IMG/VR virus record: IMGVR_UViG_3300032293_001810
Span: 1 to 63,017 of that record
Direction: 5' to 3' (one strand)
DNA from: a virus
Lineage: Duplodnaviria > Caudoviricetes
Length of the DNA stretch: 63,017 nt
In this document: positions 18,062 through 27,481 of the stretch, one piece after another
Layout: each line of letters begins with the position of its first letter
How positions within the stretch are numbered: position 1 is the first letter of the stretch
Position numbers and translations under genes: made by a program
Notes under the pieces: generated by a model
The model's database searches: none
What the model saw: only the letters and a program-made list of their open reading frames with translations
What the model was told of the DNA's origin: nothing

Positions 18062-20281
18062 ATGAAACTAGAAAACATTGCTAAGCGATTGTCTTCTCAT
18101 CTTGATCAGTATGAAATCATAGGCTTTGATACTGAAACTTTTCTCATCCCTTCTACTGGGGAAATCCCCCGTCTTGTGTGTGGGACTTTTGCCCTACCAG
18201 ATACCCCATGCAAGAGCCTTTTCAAAGGTGGTGTTTTGGATGTCACTGATGAACTACTTGATCAAACTTTGATCCTAAATGCTACGGAAACCGTTGAGAA
18301 ATTCAGAGAGCTACTTGATAAGAGAAATTGCATTATTGCTATACACAATGCACAATTCGATCTTTTAGTCATGCTAAAGCAAGATTACTCTCTTCTCATT
18401 CCTATTGTAAAAGCCTTGAAAGATGGTCGTATTGTATGTACGGCAATCGGTCAAGCTATGATGAATGCAAGCCTTCCATCGCTTTGGTTACATAGTCAAG
18501 TATCTTTACTTGAGAGCATGAAGCCGTTTCTCAGTGAGGCTAAGTACAATCACTTGAAGAAGATCAAAGAGGGCGGGAAGAGTAAGAAATCTGATGATAA
18601 TCTATCACTCTTTGAAGAAGATACTAAGAAGTCAGGTATTAGAACAAGCTTTGGGGATTTGATTGATACCCCAATAGATGAATGGGATGAGGTAGCCGTT
18701 GCCTATGCTAAGGAAGATGCTATTTTTGCACGAGTTTTATTTTATATTCAGTGGGCAAGGTCTTGTAGATTGGGGGAAACAATAGGCATGTACTTTTTGG
18801 AAGATTTACCTCGTCAAACCTATGCTGATTTTGTACTTGCTTTTGCATCGGTTTATACGGGTATCCACCTTGATCGTACTATGCACGCAACGGCTGATCG
18901 AGAACTTGAGATTAGGCAGCAAGAACTTGCTACTCAAATCGTTGCAAAGGGCTTCATGATCAAGGATAGGGACGGTTACAAAATCCCCCCAAAACCACTA
19001 CAAGACAAATTTGTAGAAATCTATGACCTACTCAAAGTATCCCATAGGGATAGGAAACGAACAAACGGCGGGGATATCTCTATTGATGAAGAAGCTACTG
19101 AGAACTTAATCTTTTTGATGAATAAGGCCACTGGTCATGATTTTAAAGATATCCTTGAAATCCTTGATTTGATCGATGAATACCGAGATATCACTAAGCA
19201 ACGCAATACCTATCTAAAGAATTTCTCTAAAGCCTTCGATTGTGCTGATAATAGGCTTAGGTATCGTTTCAAGGGATATGGGGCGGGGACGGGTAGAACA
19301 AGCTCTAGTGACCCAAACCTACAAAACTTACCACGCTCTGGCTCAGTCCGTAATGTCATTCGTGCTAGTAAGGGACATATACTTGGCTTGTGCGATTATA
19401 GTAATGCTGAGATGAGGACTCTCAGCCAAATTCATATTGATGAAGGTAGGAATAGTATCTTGGCCCAGAGATATCAGGCTGATCCTAATTTTGATCCTCA
19501 CTTATTCGTATCAGCTCAGTTTTGCGGTGTTACATATGAGCAAGCGATTGAGTACTACGGTGATAAGAAACATCCACTATACAAAGACTTGAAAGAGAAG
19601 AGAAATCTTGCAAAGGTTTTGAACTTTGGCTTGGCGGGGGGGCTTGGGGTAAAGAGTTTTATCTCTTATGCTAAAGGCTACGGTTTCAAAGGTGCAAATA
19701 TCCTCAAGTTTCATGAGGTGGACAAGTCAATCAAAGCATGGAAACAAGTTTATTCTGAGATGGTGGATTACTTTAAAGTGAGAGCCGAGAATGCACCTAA
19801 AAACGAAGAACTTCACCGTAAAAATATTGCTTGGAATGGTGGGGCTTTCAAAGCCGTTTTCCAATATCCTAGATCAAACCGCCTTCGCTTTTGTGATGGG
19901 TATACGAATGCATGCAATTCACCGTTTCAGGGCATGGCTAGCGATGGGGCTAAGAATGCTCTAATCCTCGTATTTGAAGAGAGCATGTTTCACAAGCTAT
20001 CACCTCTCTTTGGCTCTCGTATTGTGTGTTTTATCCATGATGAAATCATCATTGAAATCCCCGTAAGCGATGTAGATAACGAACATTACACACAACAAGG
20101 TAAAGACGCCGTAGATAGGCTATCTGATTTGATGAAACGGGGGATGGAAATCATGACTCCAGATATTGAGGCCGTATGCGAGACTACTTTATCGTATCGT
20201 TGGGATAAAGAAGCACACTCACCTACACGAGGGGATAGGCAACAAGTTTACATTTCTAAGATCGATTTTAAAAACTTTTAA
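18062..20281 (+). CDS. polA: Family A DNA polymerase with 3'-5' exonuclease
   Basis: Exo DTET, HNAQFD, YAKED; TGRTSS.DPNLQN, motif A DYSNAEMR, motif B RNLAKVLNFG, motif C IHDE. Confidence 0.95.
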   Translation: MKLENIAKRLSSHLDQYEIIGFDTETFLIPSTGEIPRLVCGTFALPDTPCKSLFKGGVLDVTDELLDQTLILNATETVEKFRELLDKRNCIIAIHNAQFDLLVMLKQDYSLLIPIVKALKDGRIVCTAIGQAMMNASLPSLWLHSQVSLLESMKPFLSEAKYNHLKKIKEGGKSKKSDDNLSLFEEDTKKSGIRTSFGDLIDTPIDEWDEVAVAYAKEDAIFARVLFYIQWARSCRLGETIGMYFLEDLPRQTYADFVLAFASVYTGIHLDRTMHATADRELEIRQQELATQIVAKGFMIKDRDGYKIPPKPLQDKFVEIYDLLKVSHRDRKRTNGGDISIDEEATENLIFLMNKATGHDFKDILEILDLIDEYRDITKQRNTYLKNFSKAFDCADNRLRYRFKGYGAGTGRTSSSDPNLQNLPRSGSVRNVIRASKGHILGLCDYSNAEMRTLSQIHIDEGRNSILAQRYQADPNFDPHLFVSAQFCGVTYEQAIEYYGDKKHPLYKDLKEKRNLAKVLNFGLAGGLGVKSFISYAKGYGFKGANILKFHEVDKSIKAWKQVYSEMVDYFKVRAENAPKNEELHRKNIAWNGGAFKAVFQYPRSNRLRFCDGYTNACNSPFQGMASDGAKNALILVFEESMFHKLSPLFGSRIVCFIHDEIIIEIPVSDVDNEHYTQQGKDAVDRLSDLMKRGMEIMTPDIEAVCETTLSYRWDKEAHSPTRGDRQQVYISKIDFKNF

Positions 20282-20346
20282 AAAATATTTAAATTTTATT
20301 TGACAATATACATAAATCTATATATATCTATAAATAACAAAGCAAA
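20271..20346 (+). promoter_or_regulatory. Strong promoter cassette, copy 1
   Basis: A/T-rich UP element, TTGACA at 20300, then CTATAAATAACAAAGCAAA; 76-bp near copy at 42112-42187. Confidence 0.8.
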
Positions 20347-20384
20347 CAACAAAAATGATCTGAGGATCAGAAAGAAGATGCAAA

Positions 20385-20837
20385 ATGCAAATTCAAATTA
20401 TCGATATCCAAACTCAAGAAATCGTCGCTCAAGGCTCAGTAGATCAAATCAAGGCTCTCTATGAAGAAGAAGAAGTCTTAGAAGCAATCGATCAAGCAAT
20501 TGAAACACAAGAATCAGTCGTTGTCTATGGTTTTGTAGGCAATGGTATCGAAATCACCGCAACCGAAGAAAGCAGCAATCAAATGCAACAACAACAATCC
20601 CCAGTCGCTCAAATGCTCATGGCTGATAGCAAGAAATTTGAATGTGACTTTAGCGAAGGCGATGCTCTCGTTATCCCAAACAATGAAATCGCATATGGCA
20701 AGCCACTATTCAGAGTCACTGAAAGCGAAATCTTCTTACTCAGTGTAGACGGAAAGATTTGGGATGAATATGACATGCCAGAAGACGGTGATGTTGTAGC
20801 ATACATTGAAACTCTACTCTCAAGCTTTGGTCTTTAA
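20385..20837 (+). CDS. Acidic hypothetical protein (early-gene-like)
   Basis: Very D/E-rich; two small domains joined by a Q-rich linker; first gene after the strong promoter. Confidence 0.7.
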   Translation: MQIQIIDIQTQEIVAQGSVDQIKALYEEEEVLEAIDQAIETQESVVVYGFVGNGIEITATEESSNQMQQQQSPVAQMLMADSKKFECDFSEGDALVIPNNEIAYGKPLFRVTESEIFLLSVDGKIWDEYDMPEDGDVVAYIETLLSSFGL

Positions 20838-20857
20838 ACCTAAAGGAGCATGACAAG

Positions 20858-21094
20858 ATGAACAAGTTTAATTGCGGTCTCTGGACCAAAGTACAACCTC
20901 AAGATATGGCTGAAACAAAAGAATTTCCTCGCGTTAAGCCTCTCGCTCAATGGTCACCTTACATTGATTATAGCGAAGAGCAAGAGAGACAAGAACAAGA
21001 ACAAACAAAGGCTTTCTTCTTGGGGACTCTCTCAGAACTAGCTTCTCTCACAATCCTATGCACAACAATTTACATTCTCATCAAGATGATGTAA
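20858..21094 (+). CDS. Small protein with a C-terminal hydrophobic segment
   Basis: AAGGAG SD; LASLTILCTTIYILI. Confidence 0.55.
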   Translation: MNKFNCGLWTKVQPQDMAETKEFPRVKPLAQWSPYIDYSEEQERQEQEQTKAFFLGTLSELASLTILCTTIYILIKMM

Positions 21095-21109
21095 GAAAAG
21101 GAAAGCATC

Positions 21110-21328
21110 ATGACTACTAAAACTACTAGATCATATGTCATCACCGAAAAAGGTCGTCTCCTTAGAGAAAAGACCGGCTTGCCACTAAGAGAAATCGCTA
21201 AACAATTGGGGTATACCAACACAATGCTCTCTCTTGTATGCTCAGGTAAAGCACAACCTTCATGGGACTTAGCTCGTAAGCTAGGACAATTATGTGACAA
21301 GCCCGCTGAATATTTTTTATTACCTTAA
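21110..21328 (+). CDS. XRE/Cro-type HTH regulator
   Basis: LREKTGL.LREIAKQLGYT...LS....GK..PS...A.KL. Confidence 0.85.
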   Translation: MTTKTTRSYVITEKGRLLREKTGLPLREIAKQLGYTNTMLSLVCSGKAQPSWDLARKLGQLCDKPAEYFLLP

Positions 21329-21378
21329 CTGAATAAATATCGCATACTTGTGCTAAACTTACAAAAGAATGGTGCAAG

Positions 21379-21753
21379 ATGATAATAGAACTAGGATTAC
21401 ATGACTCCCCGCTTGAGCTGATGGACGAGATAGAATTTTATACAAATTTACGAAGCGGGCTGAGGTTAAAAGAACAAGTAGCAAGTGATAACACAATCAC
21501 CTTACATTTTGATTGTTTAGAGCAAATACACCAGATACGAGTCTTAGTAGATGATCTAAATACACTAGCACCGCTCTCTAAAGTCTTTGAGCGAACGGCG
21601 ACAGTCAAGTTTAGAGCATGGACTGAAATCGTTCTTCCCGCTTGGTACTATATCCATGACCTGGTCATAGAAAAAAATCCTCTTGAATCAGAAAGTTTAT
21701 GGCAAGCTAATTTTAAAGTTACCGTTTCACTAAAGGATAAAATAAATGTCTGA
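21379..21753 (+). CDS. Hypothetical protein
   Basis: 124-aa ORF overlapping the next gene. Confidence 0.55.
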   Translation: MIIELGLHDSPLELMDEIEFYTNLRSGLRLKEQVASDNTITLHFDCLEQIHQIRVLVDDLNTLAPLSKVFERTATVKFRAWTEIVLPAWYYIHDLVIEKNPLESESLWQANFKVTVSLKDKINV

Positions 21754-21979
21754 TCTACAACCACCACAAGACTTTTGGGTCCTTGCAGCAAAGAATAGCG
21801 AGAGTCTTGGCTTGCTTGTGCTTGCCTATGTCGCTAAACAAATCATCCCTATTTTTGATCGATATGTATCTCTCAAAGAAAAACAAGATCCGATTGTTGA
21901 TCGGTTATCTGAGAAAATGCAAGATTTAGAGCTGAAGATTGAAATCTTGATTGAAAAAAGTAAAATTAGCGAGAAATAA
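21746..21979 (+). CDS. Small TM plus coiled-coil protein (possible holin-like)
   Basis: LGLLVLAYVAKQIIPIF followed by a coiled coil. Confidence 0.4.
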   Translation: MSDLQPPQDFWVLAAKNSESLGLLVLAYVAKQIIPIFDRYVSLKEKQDPIVDRLSEKMQDLELKIEILIEKSKISEK

Positions 21980-22035
21980 AACTAAAAATATAAATGAATA
22001 TTAGTATAATCTCTATGAAAGAAACGAGATTATAC

Positions 22036-23178
22036 ATGACTAGCAAATTTTCCCACCTCTCAGCCTCCCAGATCAACCTATTCAAGGATACTTGCCAACG
22101 CAAGTGGTATGAAATCTATATCAATGGGGAAACTCAACCTACAAGTACGGCTCTTGAGCGTGGGAAGATTGTCCATGCACATATTGAGAATTATATCTTA
22201 AAGGGCATTCACCCCCCACAAGATACGGATGAAGGTTTGATTGCGACGGCTGGTTTAGCTTTCTTACCAAAATTCGAGCAAGGTAAAGTTTTTGTCGAGC
22301 ATTCACTTGACGCATTCCCCCCGCTCTCACCTACGATCAAATTCAAAGGTTTTATAGATTGTTTGATTGTGGGAGATGATTACATTGAAATCCTAGATCA
22401 TAAGACAACCTCAGCAAAAAAGTATATGCTCACCGAACTTGATTTGATGACTAATACACAATTGATTATCTATGCTCGTCATGCAATGCAAATGTACCCC
22501 CATGCTAAATTCAAGTTATCGCACATTTACTACCTCACTTCAGGCAAAAAATATGCAGAAAAGCGAAGTGTAGAGGTAGATAGAGAGCATATCATGAAAG
22601 TTTTCACGGATATGGTGCCAACGATTAAGAGCATGATTAAAGCTTATGATCAACAAATAGACGATATGGAGAAGAATGAAGCTTCATGTTTTGCCTATGG
22701 TCAGCGATGTCCATTCTACCTACGATGTAAAAGAGATAACCTAAATGACTTGAACGAACTACTTACACCACCACAAGAGAAAGAATTGCAAATGACTAAT
22801 ACTAATACAGATCTACTAAACCGTATATTTACACAAAAAGGCTCTGAAACTATGCAACAACAATCACAAACTATCACTAATCAAATTCAAGAGATTGATC
22901 CTTGTATCCTATTTGTGAGTGCACATGTAGTAAAAGGTATGCAACCTATGCTAGCCTTGGATGCTCTCAAGCCCTTTATTCAAGAGATTTGTACAAGAGA
23001 GAAAGTACCTCATATCTCTACAATACAATACGGACGAGGCTATGATATGTTATGCACCTTACTCACACAACAAGGTAAATTACCTTGCTCTATGCAAATT
23101 GACGCTAGATCATTTGAATACCAAAAGCTTGGTGCAACACTTGAAGCCTTAGCTGATATTGTTGTGAGAGGTGTATAA
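22036..23178 (+). CDS. Cas4/RecB-like PD-(D/E)XK exonuclease
   Basis: LSASQI...C.RKW, GFID...DHKT, QL..Y, C.....CPF...C (Fe-S pattern). Confidence 0.85.
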   Translation: MTSKFSHLSASQINLFKDTCQRKWYEIYINGETQPTSTALERGKIVHAHIENYILKGIHPPQDTDEGLIATAGLAFLPKFEQGKVFVEHSLDAFPPLSPTIKFKGFIDCLIVGDDYIEILDHKTTSAKKYMLTELDLMTNTQLIIYARHAMQMYPHAKFKLSHIYYLTSGKKYAEKRSVEVDREHIMKVFTDMVPTIKSMIKAYDQQIDDMEKNEASCFAYGQRCPFYLRCKRDNLNDLNELLTPPQEKELQMTNTNTDLLNRIFTQKGSETMQQQSQTITNQIQEIDPCILFVSAHVVKGMQPMLALDALKPFIQEICTREKVPHISTIQYGRGYDMLCTLLTQQGKLPCSMQIDARSFEYQKLGATLEALADIVVRGV

Positions 23179-24863
23179 TGGATAAAAGCCTTGTGGATAT
23201 GTTCTTATCTGGGGGACTATCGGATAAGGTAAAAATTAGCGATGATGTTAGGATTAATAGAATACCACCTAGCACAACGAAAGAGCAAATACCAGATTAC
23301 ACTACTCGTTTCAAGACTGAGCAAGGGACAATGAAACTACGGCATATTCAAAATTCTATGCTCTTTGAATTTGAGAAGGCTGAGGGATTGGTCGCTCTCG
23401 CTGGTTGTGGTACTGGTAAAACACTGACAACCTTTCTTCTTCCTCTTATTGCCAAAGCTACAAATCCTCTCTTGATTGTCCCCGCTTCACTGAGAGATAA
23501 GACTAAGAACGAATGGTTAGGCTACTCTAAGCATTTCAATTTGATACCGATCGAGGTGATTAGTTACGAGCAAATTCAAACACCAAAAGGTAAGGACTTG
23601 CTCTTTAAGTTATCCCCCGATCTGATCATTTGTGATGAAGCACACTACCTAAAGAATTTACGATCAGCTAGAGCCTCAAGGCTTGGCTTGTATCTAGCTA
23701 AAAAACAAGATACTAAATTTGTTGTTCTCTCAGGTACGCTCATGAATAAGAGCATTGCTGATATTGCTCACCTCTCAGATTGGGCGTTACTTGATCGTTC
23801 ACCTTTCCCTCGTGAGAGTAGGCAAGTGCAAGTTTGGGATAGGCTGATCAACGGTGAGGCAAGCGGTTTTGAATACATAGAATTTAAAAGACATTGGCAA
23901 GTAGACGGTCTAGCCGTTAAAGAGAGTATTTATAAGAGGCTTGCTACTTGTGACGGCGTAGTACTTACGGGCAAGGATGTTGTGCCGTCATCTCTCAATA
24001 TGTATGCAAGTAAACTACAAGTACCCAAGAGTTTAACGCAAGCAATCAATCAAGCCTTCAATGAAAAACGCATGGCTGATGCTTTGGGGGATTTTGAACT
24101 TGATATTAAGATGATCGAGGATAGTCAACATTTATGGAAAACTACCGACGCTTTTGCTCTTAGAGCATACTCTCAAATGATGATGGGATTTCTCTATGTT
24201 TGGGATTGGCCACATGGTCCAGATGAAGAGTGGCTAGCTACTCGCTCTCTCTATGGTAAAGCAATCCGACAAGTACTTGACCTTGATCTTGAGGGGATTG
24301 ACTCCCCCGCTATGGTTGAGCAAAATGTTGATATCTTGCCAATCGCTTTTCAACGGTACTTTCTCATGGCTCAAAGTGCATGGGAAGCACAAAAGCATAA
24401 AGAGAAACCGCCAACTAAATGTATCTGGCTAGATGACTATTTTGTAGACGCAATCAAGGCTTGGGTAGCTACTAGGGAAGATGATTTTATTATATGGGTA
24501 GGTATGTCAGAACTAGGTAGTAGACTAGAACAAGAGCTTGGGATACCTTATTATAAAGGTGGATCAGAGATACCAAATACGAAATCTCACCGTTGCATTG
24601 CCTCCATCAAGGCTCATGGGACGGGGAAGAATTTACAAGCATGGAATATCAATTTAATTGCTCATCCCTTATCTGATCCTAGTATGTGGGAACAACTACT
24701 TGCTCGTACTCATAGGCATGGGCAAGAGGCTGATGAAGTAGAGATGCATTACTTTTCTCATGGTCTATTTGGTAGTGCAATGTGGAAAGCAAGGCAAGGT
24801 GCTGATACAATCTCTAGGATTACGGGGCAAGAACAACGGCTTAAATACGCAACATATAGCTAG
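23178..24863 (+). CDS. SF2 (SNF2-like) DEAH helicase
   Basis: GCGTGKT, VPASL, DEAH, SGT, G.NLQ, Q..AR.HR.GQ. Confidence 0.9.
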   Translation: MDKSLVDMFLSGGLSDKVKISDDVRINRIPPSTTKEQIPDYTTRFKTEQGTMKLRHIQNSMLFEFEKAEGLVALAGCGTGKTLTTFLLPLIAKATNPLLIVPASLRDKTKNEWLGYSKHFNLIPIEVISYEQIQTPKGKDLLFKLSPDLIICDEAHYLKNLRSARASRLGLYLAKKQDTKFVVLSGTLMNKSIADIAHLSDWALLDRSPFPRESRQVQVWDRLINGEASGFEYIEFKRHWQVDGLAVKESIYKRLATCDGVVLTGKDVVPSSLNMYASKLQVPKSLTQAINQAFNEKRMADALGDFELDIKMIEDSQHLWKTTDAFALRAYSQMMMGFLYVWDWPHGPDEEWLATRSLYGKAIRQVLDLDLEGIDSPAMVEQNVDILPIAFQRYFLMAQSAWEAQKHKEKPPTKCIWLDDYFVDAIKAWVATREDDFIIWVGMSELGSRLEQELGIPYYKGGSEIPNTKSHRCIASIKAHGTGKNLQAWNINLIAHPLSDPSMWEQLLARTHRHGQEADEVEMHYFSHGLFGSAMWKARQGADTISRITGQEQRLKYATYS

Positions 24864-24872
24864 GGGGATAAC

Positions 24873-25478
24873 ATGACAAGAAAAGCAAATTACAATTATT
24901 CACTACTTGAGAGACAACTCAATGATCCAGATGCAATTATAGAGCCGATTGAAAAGCTTGTTGCTGAAAAGGTGCATCCTATTCTAGTAGGTCAAGATGT
25001 CCCACCTCTTCCATACGATGATCTAAATAAAGAACGGTGGATGATTATCATTGAATATATCATTGGGGTACATAGGATTTTTGCAAGTAGTGCCATCGCT
25101 GATATCACGGGCTTATCATTCTCTACCACAAGCAAGCTTATTGATGAACTTAAAATCAGGTGGAGCAAAACACTCACCCCCGCACAAGCAAATTCACGAA
25201 GAGAAGCTTTATATCAAGAATGTGAACGGATCAAAGCTTTAGCTTGGGATGAGGTACAAGTCAATGACAAGGATAAGATTGCATATATGAAGCTTATCAT
25301 TGAGGCCCAAAAGAGACAAGCTACCTTATGTGGACTAGACAAGCTTGAGATTGCGATTGAGCAAATCACTACTGAAAAGAAAGAACTTGCAATAGACGCA
25401 TCACCTGAAACACTTGCACAAATAGGGCTTATGCTTGCCAAAACAATTTCATCCCAAAAGAGAATAAATGATGAATGA
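24873..25478 (+). CDS. terS: Probable terminase small subunit
   Basis: HTH (SSAIADITGLS) plus helices, immediately upstream of and overlapping TerL. Confidence 0.6.
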   Translation: MTRKANYNYSLLERQLNDPDAIIEPIEKLVAEKVHPILVGQDVPPLPYDDLNKERWMIIIEYIIGVHRIFASSAIADITGLSFSTTSKLIDELKIRWSKTLTPAQANSRREALYQECERIKALAWDEVQVNDKDKIAYMKLIIEAQKRQATLCGLDKLEIAIEQITTEKKELAIDASPETLAQIGLMLAKTISSQKRINDE

Positions 25479-27156
25479 AAAAATTCATGAATTAATGCAA
25501 ACAAAAGAGGGTAGGCAAATGCTTGCCAAACACTCACCTAGCTTTTTCGCTAGTTATTATCTCGGTTATTCCTACACAAATCATCAAGATCGTTGGCTCA
25601 AGCTGATTGACAACCTAGTCACTGAGGGTAAGAAAACAAATGAGAAAAAGAAGCTTCTCTTACTTGCACCTCGTGACCACGGTAAGAGTATGTTATGTGT
25701 AGCCGTTACTCTTAGGGCTTTATGCCTTGATCGTAATACTCGTATCCTTTGGTTATCTAAATCTATGGGGCAAGCTGAGAAGAGAGTAAGAGTATGCAAG
25801 AACTACCTTCAGAGCCAAAAACTAATTGATGATTGGGCAAGCGAAGAGCCGTTTCAAAGAAAGAATGAAGATAAATGGACTAGCACCCAAATCTACCTCA
25901 ATCGCTCACTCAATAGTATTGACCCTAGCGTTGAGGCTATTGGTAGCGGTGGATCTATTACGGGCGGTCACTTTGACATGATTATCATAGATGACTTGGA
26001 GGATGAGAAGACGGTTTTTAGTGCAACCCAAAGGCAAAAAACAAGGGATTGGCTTAGGGGTACATGTATGCCTATGCTCACTAAGGGCGGGACTATGGTC
26101 GTTGTAGGTACAAGAAAGCATTATGATGATGCATACAATATGATGATTAAGGATCCTACTTTTCAAGTAGTAAATACGCCAGCAATTATCAAATGGCCTA
26201 AATCTTATAAGCATGTTATCAAAGAGGTGGATGGTCGTGACTTGTGGCAAGATGTTTTGATTGAAGGTGACTATGAAGTACTTTGGCCGGAAGAGCGAGG
26301 GATTAAACTATTACTCAAAGAATTGTACTCAGCTGGCTCGCTATCATTCACAAGAGAATTTCAAAATCAAGTGCAATCTGATGCTGATGCAATCTTCAAA
26401 ATCTCATGGCTTGATCAAGCTAAAGAGCGAGGTTTTTTCTATTCATATGGTGAGATACCACCAGTAGAAAGAATGGTAGTAGTGCAAGCTTGGGATTTAG
26501 CTTTAAAAACTGATAAGAAGTCAGCTGAAGAACAAGATAGTGACTATACCGTTGGGATTACACTAGGGAAAGATGAAAAGGGTAATCACTACATTCTAAG
26601 TATGTTTAGGGATAGAGGTTTAACACCTTCCCAAATCTATCAAGCTATTATTGATGAGTACAACAAATTCAAAAAATTGTGCCATGTCATCTCTATTGAA
26701 AAGAATAACTTCGGTCAATTACACACCTTTACTCTTCAAAAGAATACGGACTTACCTATTAGGGAACATGTCACAACGGCGGGCAATAAGAATAGTGCAT
26801 GGATAGGCGTACCCTCTCTTACTACTCTCTTTGAGAATGGTAAAATGATCTTGCCCTCCAAAACCCCAGAAGATATAGATAAGTCAGATTTACTATGTCA
26901 AGAACTTTATGGGCTTGGGAAAGAGAAACATGATGATACGGTCATGAGCCTTTGGATAGCCGTATCAGCTATGAGAGATAGCGATTTTCAATACTCAATA
27001 TCAATAGGTGATTATATGATAGATGCACATGGTGAAAAAATGACAAGCTCAAATAACAATTTTGATTATCATAAACAAGCTGAGTCTAGCTCTCTTCAAT
27101 CACTTTGGGATAGCCTAGATGTAGATTTTAATATTGATGATGATGGAGAATACTGA
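25468..27156 (+). CDS. terL: Terminase large subunit
   Basis: APRDHGKS Walker A, IIIDD Walker B, VGTR, nuclease WDLA/DYT/HDD. Confidence 0.93.
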   Translation: MMNEKIHELMQTKEGRQMLAKHSPSFFASYYLGYSYTNHQDRWLKLIDNLVTEGKKTNEKKKLLLLAPRDHGKSMLCVAVTLRALCLDRNTRILWLSKSMGQAEKRVRVCKNYLQSQKLIDDWASEEPFQRKNEDKWTSTQIYLNRSLNSIDPSVEAIGSGGSITGGHFDMIIIDDLEDEKTVFSATQRQKTRDWLRGTCMPMLTKGGTMVVVGTRKHYDDAYNMMIKDPTFQVVNTPAIIKWPKSYKHVIKEVDGRDLWQDVLIEGDYEVLWPEERGIKLLLKELYSAGSLSFTREFQNQVQSDADAIFKISWLDQAKERGFFYSYGEIPPVERMVVVQAWDLALKTDKKSAEEQDSDYTVGITLGKDEKGNHYILSMFRDRGLTPSQIYQAIIDEYNKFKKLCHVISIEKNNFGQLHTFTLQKNTDLPIREHVTTAGNKNSAWIGVPSLTTLFENGKMILPSKTPEDIDKSDLLCQELYGLGKEKHDDTVMSLWIAVSAMRDSDFQYSISIGDYMIDAHGEKMTSSNNNFDYHKQAESSSLQSLWDSLDVDFNIDDDGEY

Positions 27157-27479
27157 TGATTATGAAGACAATCGAACTAGTCCCTCAAGATGGCGGACCA
27201 GTGGTTTTTGATAAGGCAAGCATGGGCTTCAGTCCCGCTGATATCCTCTCAGCTTGTCAAGTGCATTGCACCGGCTTAGATGGTGGTACTTATTCCGTTA
27301 AGATCCTCCCACCTCAAGGTTATGATTATATCTCTTATCAAGATAGTGCTACCGAACTTGACGGCGTACTTGTGACTGAACAAAGCTTTATCTTTGAAGC
27401 TCTCAAGGTAACATTCAGTGATTTAGGTGCAAGTGCTGAGCCAAAAGTAAAAGCCAACTTCTTCAGAAGGAGAATGTAG
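27156..27479 (+). CDS. Small beta-rich hypothetical (possibly virion) protein
   Basis: Coupled between terL and the tail fibre gene. Confidence 0.55.
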   Translation: MIMKTIELVPQDGGPVVFDKASMGFSPADILSACQVHCTGLDGGTYSVKILPPQGYDYISYQDSATELDGVLVTEQSFIFEALKVTFSDLGASAEPKVKANFFRRRM

Positions 27480-27481
27480 TC

